DNA of 61,599 nucleotides, the filler included. It is 4 parts of 4 records of this genome, joined end to end, with 100 filler letters (N's around TTAATTAATTAA, not from the genome) between each part and the next. Parts side by side here need not be neighbours in the genome. Positions count along the whole stretch, not along the records: positions 1 to 22,937 come from SRR2962707_1471; 3 more parts are not named here. One strand, given 5' to 3'. Below, in pieces: positions 1-9,797 of this stretch; the first letter of the stretch is position 1; every line of letters begins with the position of its first letter. The notes under the pieces were generated by a model, which made no database searches, was not told the DNA's origin, and was given only the letters and a program-made list of their open reading frames with translations. The translations under genes and the position numbers were made by a program.

Positions 1-552
1 CACCTGATCATGGCCACGCAGCGCCCGTCGGTTGATGTTATTACCGGCACGATCAAGGCGAACTTTCCAACGCGGATTTCGTTTCAGGTAACGTCCAAAA
101 TCGACTCGCGGACCATTCTTGGTGAAATGGGCGCAGAGCAACTGCTGGGTATGGGTGATATGCTGTACATGGCGGGCGGGTCCAAGATCGTCCGTTGCCA
201 CGGGCCATTCGTATCCGATGAAGAAGTCGAAGAAATCGTGAACCACCTGAAGGCTTATGGCGAACCGGACTATGTTTCGGGCGTGGTTGAAGGACCATCT
301 GACGATCAAGAGGGCAGCATTGATGCCGTTTTGGGTCTGGGTGGCAACACCGATGGTGAAGACGCGCTGTATGACACCGCCGTCGCGATCGTGATAAAAG
401 ATCGCAAATGTTCGACCTCGTACATCCAGCGCAAACTGGCGATCGGCTATAACAAAGCCGCACGGCTGGTCGAGCAGATGGAAGAACAGGGACTCGTTTC
501 CCCTGCAAACCACGTTGGTAAACGCGAAATACTGGTACCCGAGCAAGGGTAA
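1..552 (+). CDS. ftsK: DNA translocase FtsK, C-terminal part (5' truncated)
   Basis: [24 protein letters not shown] and [12 protein letters not shown] motor motifs; gamma domain [24 protein letters not shown]. Confidence 0.97.
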   Translation, partial: HLIMATQRPSVDVITGTIKANFPTRISFQVTSKIDSRTILGEMGAEQLLGMGDMLYMAGGSKIVRCHGPFVSDEEVEEIVNHLKAYGEPDYVSGVVEGPSDDQEGSIDAVLGLGGNTDGEDALYDTAVAIVIKDRKCSTSYIQRKLAIGYNKAARLVEQMEEQGLVSPANHVGKREILVPEQG

Positions 553-572
553 CCGGAACGAAAGACTTGGAT

Positions 573-612
573 GCGGGGTTGGCTTGGAAACGGGCTGGCC
601 CCGTTTCGTTTA
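573..612 (+). terminator. Probable intrinsic terminator after ftsK
   Basis: GCGGGGTTGGCTT-ggaaac-GGGCTGGCCCCGT hairpin (with G-U pairs) followed by TTCGTTT. Confidence 0.65.
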
Positions 613-710
613 TGGGCTGTTAGGCGATATCATGCCGCGTGATATCGCATATCATCGCACGAAACCCTATGTCTGGGGTGAGGCACCTGAATAACAATAG
701 GAATACTTAG

Positions 711-1316
711 ATGCGTTTTGTGACCACCACTGTTCTGGCTTTCGGCCTTGGTCTGGCGGCAGCACTTCCTGCGGCTGCCGACAAGCTGCCCTTGAATGCG
801 ATTTCAAGCTATCTGAACGCGATGAAGACGGCGCAGGGCGATTTCACCCAGGTCAACGATGATGGATCGATCAGCACCGGGGTAATTTATATCAAACGTC
901 CCGGCAAAGTGCGTTTTGAATATAACGCGCCTGATACGGGCATCGTGATCGCAGGCAGCAACACCGTTGTCATCTACGACAAAAAGTCGAACCAACCGGC
1001 GGAAACATATCCGCTGTCAAAGACGCCGCTTTCGATAATTTTGGCGGCAGATGTGAACTTGGGGCAGGCGAAAATGGTGACGGGCCACAGCTATGATGGG
1101 ACGTCGACAACCGTGCGGGCCCAAGACCCTGAACACCCTGAATATGGCAATATTGAACTTAAGTTTACGGGTAATCCCGTCGAACTGCGCCAGTGGGTGA
1201 TCAATGACGGCAATGGCAGCCAGACCACTGTTGTTCTGGGCGAGCTGAAAAAGGGCGGCGCGCTGGCGAATAGTATATTTGATGTCAGCGGCAAGGCACC
1301 TCCCGTAAATCGCTAA
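711..1316 (+). CDS. lolA: Outer-membrane lipoprotein carrier protein LolA family
   Basis: Signal peptide; GDFTQ, KRPGKVRFEY and YPLSKTPL motifs; follows ftsK as usual. Confidence 0.9.
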   Translation: MRFVTTTVLAFGLGLAAALPAAADKLPLNAISSYLNAMKTAQGDFTQVNDDGSISTGVIYIKRPGKVRFEYNAPDTGIVIAGSNTVVIYDKKSNQPAETYPLSKTPLSIILAADVNLGQAKMVTGHSYDGTSTTVRAQDPEHPEYGNIELKFTGNPVELRQWVINDGNGSQTTVVLGELKKGGALANSIFDVSGKAPPVNR

Positions 1317-1646
1317 CCAAACGGGCAGGGGATACACTGAACGCTCTTGCAATTCATGTTCTAGCGCCTCGTGCCCTCTCGTAATTCCAACGGGTCGGGA
1401 CGAGGCTTTTTTACTCTGGCGCGGGGGATTTCGGCCTTGTCGATGTCCGCGTAGGACAAGCATAACCATGCCCGACACGAGCATGAACGAACCCAATAAC
1501 ACGGCGAGAGACAAAGCGCGAAGTGGAGCACCGTGATGTGCCAGAACCGGGCCGCCGGGACAACGCGTGGATTCAGCCCTGCTCTGATACCAGACCGATG
1601 GTTCTGGTATCAGAGAGCAGCCAATCGATTCCCCGGGCCCTTTGCT

Positions 1647-2240
1647 TTACCAACGACGCAGGCGGCAACTCTCGATTTGACCTTGATACATATCGGCGCG
1701 CATTTGTACTTTGCGTGCGACCTCGATCAGCCATGGCTTTGAGTTATAGGTACGGCGCGCAAAACCGGTGTTGCCCTCGTGATACGCAAGGTACTGGTTT
1801 TGCGCATCATGTAAGCCGATGCCGTTTTTTGTACGGCTTTTGGTCATGTACCAGCCCATGAAATCGGCCGCGTCATCAATCTGGTCGCGCTTGGCAAAGC
1901 GGCGTCCGGCTTCCCTCAAATACTCGTCCCACGTGGCATCTAGCGCCTGACTATACCCAAAGGCGCTGGACTGGCGGCCCATCGGGATCACACCGATCAC
2001 ATAGCGAAACGGTGTGCGCGCATCGGCGACGAATCTGCTTTCCTGATGGATCGTGGCCATCTGGACGTGCACAGGAACACCCCAACGGCGTTCGCTTTTC
2101 CTGAAAGCTTTGTAGTAATTTGGGCGCTCCTTAAGAATCGTACACGCGTTATCCAGCTCCCTTGGGGCATTGGAGGGACCGCCTCCACCACAAGATGCTA
2201 AAAACACAGCAATTATTAGGGCGCAAAAGGTTCTGCTCAT
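1647..2240 (-). CDS. Lytic transglycosylase (SLT-like) lipoprotein
   Basis: Lipobox LASC; IHQESRF catalytic Glu motif; SSAFGYSQA; YLAYHEG. Confidence 0.85.
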   Translation of the reverse strand: MSRTFCALIIAVFLASCGGGGPSNAPRELDNACTILKERPNYYKAFRKSERRWGVPVHVQMATIHQESRFVADARTPFRYVIGVIPMGRQSSAFGYSQALDATWDEYLREAGRRFAKRDQIDDAADFMGWYMTKSRTKNGIGLHDAQNQYLAYHEGNTGFARRTYNSKPWLIEVARKVQMRADMYQGQIESCRLRRW

Positions 2241-2311
2241 CGGCCTCTCGCTTTGTCGTTTTATTATTTTGGACAGTTTACCAGATTTCCACGGGTGCGC
2301 CCACTGAAAAT

Positions 2312-3193
2312 TTATAACAAAAACGCTAGCAGAATTGGCAAGGCGGCCACCGACATCAATGTCGATGCGACAACCAGCCCTGCCACCGATTGCGCGTCCG
2401 CACCGTATTTTTCAGCCAGCAAATATGACGTGACGGCGACGGGGGTGGCAACCTGCAGCACCAGAACGCCAAGCGCCGTGTGATCCAGCTCAAAATACAT
2501 GCCTGCTGTCCACGCGATTGCGACACAAATAACCAGCTTGATCGCCGACAGTACAACCGCACGACCAATGCCGCCGGGCGTCAATCGCGCCACGGCAACG
2601 CCCAAGGTGATCAGCATCATCGGGATCGCCATCTGCCCCAAAAGGCTGAGGGTGTTTGTCAGAAACTTGGGCGTTTGCCAGCCTTGCACCAGAAACAGCG
2701 CGCCCAACAGCGTGCCCCAAACCAGCGGTTCGCGCATGACTTTGCCGAATGACCCTGCGCCGGCGACCAGCCAAATGCCAAAGGTGAACGACCATATTGC
2801 CATGACCGCGAACACAACCACCGCATAGCTAAGCCCCGCATCCCCAAAGGCAAACAACGCCAAAGGCAGGCCCAGATTGCCCGTATTGCCAAAAATCAAC
2901 GGTGCCAGATAGGTCCGGCGATTTAGGCCCATGCCCCAGACAACTGCCGCCGCCGCCAATGTGACACCACCATACGCAACCACTGTCGCCAGCGACAAAG
3001 CGGTCAGCGCAGCGGGTTCAATCTGTGTGTTCATGAGGGACACAAAGATCAGGCAGGGCACGGAAAGGGTCATCGCCAGTTGGGTTACAAATTGGATGCG
3101 ATATTCAAATCCAAGCTTCACCCAAGCAAAGCCAATCCCGGCAAGCAGGAACACCGGGGCGACGATCTCAAGCACTGTTAGCGTTAGGTTCAC
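2312..3193 (-). CDS. AEC (auxin efflux carrier) family transporter
   Basis: About 10 hydrophobic segments; FGNTGNLGLPL and PVAVTSYLLA motifs. Confidence 0.9.
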   Translation of the reverse strand: MNLTLTVLEIVAPVFLLAGIGFAWVKLGFEYRIQFVTQLAMTLSVPCLIFVSLMNTQIEPAALTALSLATVVAYGGVTLAAAAVVWGMGLNRRTYLAPLIFGNTGNLGLPLALFAFGDAGLSYAVVVFAVMAIWSFTFGIWLVAGAGSFGKVMREPLVWGTLLGALFLVQGWQTPKFLTNTLSLLGQMAIPMMLITLGVAVARLTPGGIGRAVVLSAIKLVICVAIAWTAGMYFELDHTALGVLVLQVATPVAVTSYLLAEKYGADAQSVAGLVVASTLMSVAALPILLAFLL

Positions 3194-3277
3194 GCACTGT
3201 TTCCTTATCTTTGGGCTCGGACATTGGACAAATGCCCCTTGAAGGGACTACTAACGAAAGGTAGGTGCATCAATGTT

Positions 3278-3604
3278 ATGATTAGAACACGCGCAAAATA
3301 TCATCTGGGCCAGATCGTTCGCCACAAAAAACACCCGTTTCGCGGCGTGATTTTTGATGTCGATCCTGAATTTGCCAATACCGATGAATGGTACGAGGCG
3401 ATTCCCGAAGACAGCCGACCGATAAAAGACCAGCCGTACTATCATCTGCTGGCTGAAAACGACCAAAGTTATTACGTGGCGTATGTGTCAGAACAGAACC
3501 TGGTCGCGGATTATTCTGGCGAACCTGTTGAACATCCTGATATCCCCGATTTGTTCGGCCCGTTGACCGATGGTGCATACCCCCTGCATTTCCAACTGAA
3601 CTAA
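3278..3604 (+). CDS. hspQ: Heat shock protein HspQ (YccV-like)
   Basis: KYHLGQIVRHK, FRGVIFDVDP, QPYYHLLAE and AYVSEQNL motifs; start moved to ATG 3278. Confidence 0.93.
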   Translation: MIRTRAKYHLGQIVRHKKHPFRGVIFDVDPEFANTDEWYEAIPEDSRPIKDQPYYHLLAENDQSYYVAYVSEQNLVADYSGEPVEHPDIPDLFGPLTDGAYPLHFQLN

Positions 3605-3647
3605 GCCGGTAAGCCGGAAGGCGCGTTTCCACGCCCTCCGATGTTGT

Positions 3648-5225
3648 TTAATACCCCAATGCGCAGCCGTCTTTGCGCGGGTCACTTGCACCTTCTAGAA
3701 CACCATCGCTGCGCAGCTTGATCGCCTGTGCGCCGCCGATAGCTGTTCGCGGAATCGCGACCTTATGGCCCATGTCCGACAGCTTGGCGCGGACGTCGTC
3801 GGAATATCCGCTTTCGACGCTCAAGATGCCCTTGTCGGTGAACGCCCGGGGCGCATCAATGGCGGTCTGTGGGTCCATGCCAAAGTCGATCAGGTTCGAG
3901 ACCAACCGCGCGTGACCGTTGGGTTGATACGCCCCGCCCATGACGCCGAACGGCATCATCACCTTGCCATTCTGGCGGATCATGCCGGGAATAATCGTGT
4001 GCATCGGGCGCTTGCCACCCTGCAATTCGTTCACGTGCCCTTCTTCAAGGGTAAAGCCCGCGCCACGGTTTTGCAGCAAGATGCCGAATTTGTCGGACGC
4101 AATGCCGGACCCGAAGCCGTGGAAAATCGAATAGATCAGCGAAACCGCCATGCCATCCTTGTCGACCACGGTGATATAAATGGTATCCTTATGAACGGCT
4201 TCGGACAGTGGTTTTGGGTCGGCCATCGCCTTGGCCGGGTTAATCAGCGCGGCCAATTTCTGTGCGGTTGCCGGGTCCAGCATGTGTTCCAGACGCGATG
4301 TGTGGTCGTGATCGGCAAGGAACCGGTTGCGCGCGTCATAGGCCAGCTTGGCGGCCTCTGCCTCGATGTGCACACGTTCTGCACCCAGCGGATCCATTGA
4401 TGCGATGTCGAAATGGCTCAGCATATTCATCATCAAAAGCGCGGTCGCCCCTTGGCCGTTTGGCGCGTGTTCCAACACTTCAAGGTCTTTGTAGGTCGCC
4501 GCAATGGGGTCACCATAGGTGCAGGCGGTATTGGCAAAATCTTCGGTCGTGTGCAGACCGCCTAGCTTGCCAAGTGCTGCAACCATGTCTTCTGCGATTT
4601 CGCCGGTATAGAATGCGTCGCGGCCATCTTTGGTAACACGGCGCAGCACTTCGGCTTGGCCGGGCGCGCGAAAGATTGCACCAGATTGCGGGGCCTTGCC
4701 GTTCATGAGGTAAACGTCGCGCGCCGTGCCTTGCAATGTGCCCGCGTCATTGGCCCAGTCAAACGCTACGCGTGCTGCGACGGGTACGCCATTTTCAGCA
4801 TAGTGAATTGCAGGTGCGAGCAGCGTATCAAGGCCCAGTTTACCAATATCGTTGGACAGCGTGCAGAATGCATCCATCGCGCCGGGAATTGATACAGCAT
4901 GCGGGCTGGTCAAAGGCACAGTTGTTTCGCCTGCGTCCCGCAAGATCGCCGCGTTCAACGCTTGTGGCGCACGGCCCGAACCGTTCAGCGCATGCACATC
5001 GTCGCTGCCAGCAGGGGAATACAGCACAAAGCAATCCCCGCCGATTCCTGTCATTTGCGGTTCGCAAATCCCTAGCAAAACGGCACCAGCAATGGCCGCA
5101 TCCATCGCATTGCCGCCTTGTTCTAGAATGTTGATCGCTGTTTTGGCGGCCAAGGGGTGGGACGTGGCACACATGCCATTTGTCGCCAGAACGGGGGACC
5201 GTCCGGGAAGTTGAAAGTCGCGCAT
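3648..5225 (-). CDS. ggt: Gamma-glutamyltransferase family protein
   Basis: GGNAMDAAIA, GIGGDCF, autocleavage Thr in DTIYITVVD, KRPMHTIIP and GASDPRKDG; start set at ATG 5225. Confidence 0.93.
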   Translation of the reverse strand: MRDFQLPGRSPVLATNGMCATSHPLAAKTAINILEQGGNAMDAAIAGAVLLGICEPQMTGIGGDCFVLYSPAGSDDVHALNGSGRAPQALNAAILRDAGETTVPLTSPHAVSIPGAMDAFCTLSNDIGKLGLDTLLAPAIHYAENGVPVAARVAFDWANDAGTLQGTARDVYLMNGKAPQSGAIFRAPGQAEVLRRVTKDGRDAFYTGEIAEDMVAALGKLGGLHTTEDFANTACTYGDPIAATYKDLEVLEHAPNGQGATALLMMNMLSHFDIASMDPLGAERVHIEAEAAKLAYDARNRFLADHDHTSRLEHMLDPATAQKLAALINPAKAMADPKPLSEAVHKDTIYITVVDKDGMAVSLIYSIFHGFGSGIASDKFGILLQNRGAGFTLEEGHVNELQGGKRPMHTIIPGMIRQNGKVMMPFGVMGGAYQPNGHARLVSNLIDFGMDPQTAIDAPRAFTDKGILSVESGYSDDVRAKLSDMGHKVAIPRTAIGGAQAIKLRSDGVLEGASDPRKDGCALGY

Positions 5226-5505
5226 GATGAAATTGTTCCTGTTGCGGTGGTTCTTTTTACGGAACCTAGCGCGCTGCAGGATGGAAAACCAATATTTTCT
5301 GGATGGGTAAGTCCTCAGCATCGCGCACTGGGTGGGGGCTATAAAACACGATGCTGAGGGAAGCTTTGTTGCAGCTACGCCGCTACGTATGACCTCAAAG
5401 CTGGGCAAAACTATGATGCCGCCGCGGCACTTTTGGGGTGAAAGGGTGGAACAGCATGTCCATTTGTGCCGCAGTGTGCGGACGGGTTCAGCACGCGCAG
5501 CCCTA

Positions 5506-6012
5506 TTACGAAGGCTTTTGCGCGTTGTCAGTGATGGATGCGACCCCATCAAAGACGATGGTTAGCACATTGTGCTGGTTCACCCTGACATAAGAGATGT
5601 CCCGCGCCAAGTGGTGAATCAGGCCCCAGCCGAATCCCCCTTCCGGTAGTGATTTCGCGTGTGCGATGGTTCCGACTTGCTTCGGGCCGGGGGGGGTATG
5701 ATTGGCAAACGGGATACCGGAATCTTTGAAAACAAGCGAGATCAGATCGCCGTCTTGCGTGCAGGATATCTGGATCGGTGCATCGTCCTGTCGCTCCGCC
5801 AAAGCATGCTCAACAATATTATTGAGCGTCTCCGCGATTACCAATTCGATGTCATCCAATTTTTGTGGGTTACTGCAGATCGTGGACAGATGTGCCCGAC
5901 ACGTCGTTAGGGCACCCCTGATGGCCTGCGCTCTGCCCGCAAGCGACAGTTCGAATACGCCCGCAAGCGCGGTGTCACGACCAACTTTATCCCCTTGATT
6001 GCGTGCGACCAT
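5506..6012 (-). CDS. Anti-sigma factor Ser/Thr kinase (RsbW/RbaW-like, HATPase_c)
   Basis: ELVIAETLNNIVEHA, DSGIPF and PEGGFGWGLI boxes; directly downstream of a STAS gene. Confidence 0.88.
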   Translation of the reverse strand: MVARNQGDKVGRDTALAGVFELSLAGRAQAIRGALTTCRAHLSTICSNPQKLDDIELVIAETLNNIVEHALAERQDDAPIQISCTQDGDLISLVFKDSGIPFANHTPPGPKQVGTIAHAKSLPEGGFGWGLIHHLARDISYVRVNQHNVLTIVFDGVASITDNAQKPS

Positions 6013-6014
6013 TG

Positions 6015-6350
6015 CTACGATAGATCTTCCAGGGCGTGGCTGAGTGTCGGATACAGCGAAAACACACTGTCCATGCGCGTCAGACGAAAGACGCGGTCCA
6101 CAGGTGCAGTAAGCCCGGCAAGCACGAGGGTGCGCTGGGGTGCTAGGTGTTTCATCGTGGCGACGATTGCGCCCAACCCGCTGGAATCAATGAATACCAC
6201 CGCACTTAGGTCCAATATGACCGTTGCTGGCGCGGTTTCGGTTATTTGCCGCACATTTTCCTTGAACTCTAACGCGACGGCAGCGTCAATTCGATCGTCA
6301 AGAACCGTCACCACTTGCAGTAGCTCTTCTGTTTCGGCCGAAAGTCTCAT
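6015..6350 (-). CDS. STAS-domain anti-sigma factor antagonist (RsbV/RbaV-like)
   Basis: RIDAA, LDLSAVVFIDSSGLGAIV (phospho-Ser motif) and VFRLTRMD; start set at ATG 6350. Confidence 0.92.
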   Translation of the reverse strand: MRLSAETEELLQVVTVLDDRIDAAVALEFKENVRQITETAPATVILDLSAVVFIDSSGLGAIVATMKHLAPQRTLVLAGLTAPVDRVFRLTRMDSVFSLYPTLSHALEDLS

Positions 6351-6438
6351 ATTCTGGTCCCAAAGATAATGCAGTATCCCCGCTGGATACGGCAGATGTC
6401 TTACGATTCGGTTTTTAATTCTTTGGGGGGAGTTCAAA

Positions 6439-7611
6439 GTGCAAAAAGTTGTCATTGCAGGTGCGTCGCGCACGCCAATGGGTGGGTTTCAGGGTATTTT
6501 CGCAGATATGACCGCCGCCGACCTTGGCGGTCACGCGATCAAGGCCGCGTTGGACGGTGCCGGGGCTAAAACCGTAGACGAGGTTCTGATGGGCTGCGTT
6601 TTGCCCGCCGGCCAAGGCCAAGCGCCTGCGCGTCAGGCCGGTTTCAAGGCTGGCCTTGGCGAAGAGGTGCCCGCCACGACGCTCAACAAGATGTGTGGCT
6701 CCGGGATGAAAGCCGCGATGATCGCCTTTGATCAGATTGCATTGGGCCACACAAATGTAATGGTCGCAGGCGGCATGGAAAGCATGACAAACGCGCCTTA
6801 CGTCTTGCCGAAAATGCGTGGCGGGGCCCGCTTGGGCCATGCTCAGGTCATCGACCATATGTTTCTCGACGGTCTCGAAGACGCCTATGACAAAGGCCGC
6901 CTCATGGGCACCTTCGCCGAAGACTGCGCCGAGACGTTCCAATTCACCCGCGCCATCCAGGACGACTACGCCCTCGCGTCGCTGTCGCGCGCGCTAGAGG
7001 CACAATCCAGCGGCGCTTTCGATGACGAGATCGCGCAGATGGAGCTTGTCACGCGCAAAGGCAGCTCGACCGTCAGCGCAGACGAGCAACCTGCAAATGC
7101 GCGGCCCGAGAAGATACCGAACCTCAAGCCGGCCTTTCGCGAGGGAGGCACTGTCACTGCGGCAAACTCTTCGTCGATATCCGATGGTGCGGCGGCTCTT
7201 GTGCTCGCCTCCGAACAAGCGGCAGTTGAACAAGGGCTGACCATTCGCGCCCATATTATGGGCCATGCCAGCCACGCTCAGGCCCCCGGTCTTTTCACCA
7301 CCGCCCCAGTGCCCGCCGCACAAAAACTGCTCGACCGATTGGGGTGGCAAAAAGAAGACGTTGATCTGTGGGAGGTAAACGAAGCCTTCGCCGTTGTCCC
7401 GCTCGCTTTCATGCACGAGATGGGCCTGTCCCATGACATCGTGAACGTGAACGGCGGTGCCTGCGCGCTGGGCCACCCGATTGGCGCGTCCGGGGCTCGC
7501 ATTATCGTCACGCTTCTGAATGCACTGGAAAAGCGCGGTCTTAAACGTGGCATCGCGGCGATTTGTATTGGGGGTGGCGAAGGGACGGCCATCGCGATTG
7601 AGCGCCCTTAA
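6439..7611 (+). CDS. Acetyl-CoA C-acyltransferase (thiolase)
   Basis: NKMCGSG, NEAFA, GHPIGASG and CIGGGEG motifs. Confidence 0.96.
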   Translation: MQKVVIAGASRTPMGGFQGIFADMTAADLGGHAIKAALDGAGAKTVDEVLMGCVLPAGQGQAPARQAGFKAGLGEEVPATTLNKMCGSGMKAAMIAFDQIALGHTNVMVAGGMESMTNAPYVLPKMRGGARLGHAQVIDHMFLDGLEDAYDKGRLMGTFAEDCAETFQFTRAIQDDYALASLSRALEAQSSGAFDDEIAQMELVTRKGSSTVSADEQPANARPEKIPNLKPAFREGGTVTAANSSSISDGAAALVLASEQAAVEQGLTIRAHIMGHASHAQAPGLFTTAPVPAAQKLLDRLGWQKEDVDLWEVNEAFAVVPLAFMHEMGLSHDIVNVNGGACALGHPIGASGARIIVTLLNALEKRGLKRGIAAICIGGGEGTAIAIERP

Positions 7612-7666
7612 TTTCCAAATGGATAAAAATCCTCGGGGGGGATAGGGGGGCAGACAGCCCCCCTTC
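7612..7666. repeat. Rhodobacteraceae-type short intergenic palindromic element
   Basis: TTTCCAAATGGATAAAAATCCTCGGGGGGGATAGGGGGGCAGACAGCCCCCC; same layout as 60741-60786. Confidence 0.55.
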
Positions 7667-7690
7667 AACCGTTGTTTCAAAAGGTTTCAC

Positions 7691-8149
7691 ATGAATATCG
7701 ACTACGCTACCCTCGCCACAACGCTGCAATCACTGACCGATGGCGAAACCGATGCGGTCGCCTTGATGGCCACAGTCGCGTGCGAGGTTCACCACGCCGA
7801 TGACAGGTTCGATTGGACGGGGTTTTATCGGGTGACCGAACCAGAGCTGTTGAAGATCGGGCCGTATCAAGGTGGGCATGGGTGCTTGGTCATCCCGTTT
7901 TCCCGCGGCGTTTGCGGTGCTGCTGCGCGCACGGGGCAGACCCAGTTGGTTGCCGATGTCGATGCGTTTGATGGGCATATTGCCTGCGCAAGCTCCACGC
8001 GGTCAGAGCTGGTTCTGCCGGTTTGGAATGGCACCGGTGACTTGATCGGCGTTTTCGATATCGACAGCAATCAACCCGATGCCTTTACCCAAACAGATGC
8101 TGACCAATTCCAAGCCATCTTAAAAAACTGCTTTGCCGCCGTGAAATAG
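7691..8149 (+). CDS. msrC: GAF-domain protein, free methionine-R-sulfoxide reductase-like
   Basis: WTGFY, GPYQG, GVCG, HIAC, SELVLP and DIDS motifs. Confidence 0.8.
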   Translation: MNIDYATLATTLQSLTDGETDAVALMATVACEVHHADDRFDWTGFYRVTEPELLKIGPYQGGHGCLVIPFSRGVCGAAARTGQTQLVADVDAFDGHIACASSTRSELVLPVWNGTGDLIGVFDIDSNQPDAFTQTDADQFQAILKNCFAAVK

Positions 8150-8204
8150 TTCTGGATTTTTTCACGAAGCTGGGGCAGCGTGAAAAAAAAGCAGCAATTT
8201 CACG
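8140..8204. promoter_or_regulatory. Tandem palindromic operator candidate GTGAAA-N12/13-TTTCAC
   Basis: Copies at 8141-8165 and 8180-8203, directly upstream of an XRE-cupin regulator. Confidence 0.55.
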
Positions 8205-8215
8205 GATGCAGCTCA

Positions 8216-8788
8216 GTGCAACACGCGCCTCTCTCCACGTCCCAAACGCTCGGTGCCGATTTGCGCGCTTTGCGCAAGGCACGTGGGCTGACGCTGCATG
8301 ATCTTGCCGAGACCCTAAACCGTTCTGTTGGCTGGATGAGCCAGGTTGAACGTGACCTCTCCGAGCCTTCCATCACCGACCTGCGCCATATCGCAAAAGC
8401 GTTAGGTGTGTCCGTGTCGATGCTGTTTCGGCATGCGGCGGCCCCCGCAAACGAGGCGGGGTTCATTGTGCGCCAGGGTGCCCGCCGCCCTATCGGATCC
8501 TCGGTGGCGGGGCTGGTCGAAGAATTGCTATCCCCTGATCTGACCGATGACTTTGAAATGGTCCATTCGACGTTTCTGCCCTTTAGTCGGATCAAGGATC
8601 TGGTCGTGCGTCCCACCCAAGAGGTTGGATATCTGATCGCAGGCAGCCTTGAGATCGAGATCGACGGCACGAACCACACTCTTAACCCCGGCGACAGTTT
8701 CCGCGTACGCGGAGAGCCGTTTCGCTGGGCAAACCCCAACCCTGACCCCGCTGTTGCGATATGGGTCATTGCCCCCCCGGTGTATTAA
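8216..8788 (+). CDS. XRE-family HTH + cupin transcriptional regulator
   Basis: LRALRKARGLTL..LAE..SVGWMSQVERDLSEPS HTH and C-terminal cupin; start GTG 8216 preferred (alternative GTG 8180). Confidence 0.92.
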   Translation: MQHAPLSTSQTLGADLRALRKARGLTLHDLAETLNRSVGWMSQVERDLSEPSITDLRHIAKALGVSVSMLFRHAAAPANEAGFIVRQGARRPIGSSVAGLVEELLSPDLTDDFEMVHSTFLPFSRIKDLVVRPTQEVGYLIAGSLEIEIDGTNHTLNPGDSFRVRGEPFRWANPNPDPAVAIWVIAPPVY

Positions 8789-9411
8789 TGAGCTTTGAGG
8801 CATGGATCATATTCGCGTTGTTCTGGGTGGTGTTCGTGACCACGCCCGGCCCGAACGCGGTCAATTGTATCAACAACGGCATGAACTTGGGGTTCAAGCG
8901 CGCGATGATCGGCGTCTTGGGGATATTGACACAGGCCTCGTTGTTTTTGGTTCTCTCGGCCTTTGGCATTACCGCCCTGATCGCGGCGTCCGAGATTGCA
9001 TTTAATGTGGCGAAACTGATTGGTGCGGGGTTTTTGATCTACCTTGGCATTCGCGGATGGATGAACGCAAAAAAGGCCGTTAGCATCGTGGACCGGCCTA
9101 CGCGGTCAATCTACCTTCGCGCCTTTGCCATCGCCACGATCAACCCCAAATCGGTTGCAGGCTACTTGGCGGCGTTCAGTCAGTTCGTGCAGCCAGACGT
9201 TCCGATCTGGGAACAAATGGTAGTGATTGTGCCCACCGCACTGACGCTCACGGCCCTTAGCTATACTGGGTTTACCGCCCTGGGTGCGGGCCTGGGACGC
9301 GCAGCGATGGGCGCGGTGCTTAATGTCTGGGTGCGCCGTGTGATGGCTGGCAGCTTTATCCTGTATGGCATCTTGCTGGGTGCCGCATCTGCCCCGGCAG
9401 GCAGGGGATGA
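8788..9411 (+). CDS. LysE/RhtB family translocator
   Basis: TPGPN, GAGFLIYLG and NPKS motifs; TAATG overlap with upstream gene. Confidence 0.92.
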   Translation: MSFEAWIIFALFWVVFVTTPGPNAVNCINNGMNLGFKRAMIGVLGILTQASLFLVLSAFGITALIAASEIAFNVAKLIGAGFLIYLGIRGWMNAKKAVSIVDRPTRSIYLRAFAIATINPKSVAGYLAAFSQFVQPDVPIWEQMVVIVPTALTLTALSYTGFTALGAGLGRAAMGAVLNVWVRRVMAGSFILYGILLGAASAPAGRG

Positions 9412-9797
9412 CCATGCTTCAAGGAAGCTGCCTATGTGGTGCGATCACGTTTCAGGCTGACGCGCCAGCGCGGGACCCTGCTGCGTGTCACTGCACCCAG
9501 TGTCGCAAGCAGTCGGGGCATTATTGGGCCGCGGTTCAGGTTTTGGACGACGGGCTGAAAATATCAGGGTCACCAAAGTGGTACACGTCTTCGCCCGGTG
9601 TGCGTCGCGGGTTTTGCCCAACCTGTGGCAGCTTCCTGTTCTGGAAATCAGACGCCGACCCGGACATGGGCGTTTCCCTTGGCGCGGTTGATGGACCCAC
9701 AGGTTTGCATCTGACGCGGCATATCTTTGTCGCGGACAAGGGCGATTATTACGACATCATCGATGGTGTCCCCCAAGAGGAGCAAGAAGATGGCTGA
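9408..9797 (+). CDS. GFA (CENP-V) family Zn-binding protein
   Basis: GSCLCG, CHCTQCRK and FCPTCGS motifs; ATGA overlap. Confidence 0.93.
   Translation: MTMLQGSCLCGAITFQADAPARDPAACHCTQCRKQSGHYWAAVQVLDDGLKISGSPKWYTSSPGVRRGFCPTCGSFLFWKSDADPDMGVSLGAVDGPTGLHLTRHIFVADKGDYYDIIDGVPQEEQEDG

Noticed and set aside
5226-5552. N-terminal extensions in the ORF track (ggt; likewise 9727, 12072, 17310, 20286, 24141, 26778, 57140, 58211)
   Set aside because: Longest-ORF artefacts that overlap neighbours or promoters; downstream starts fit the RBS and family N-termini better.
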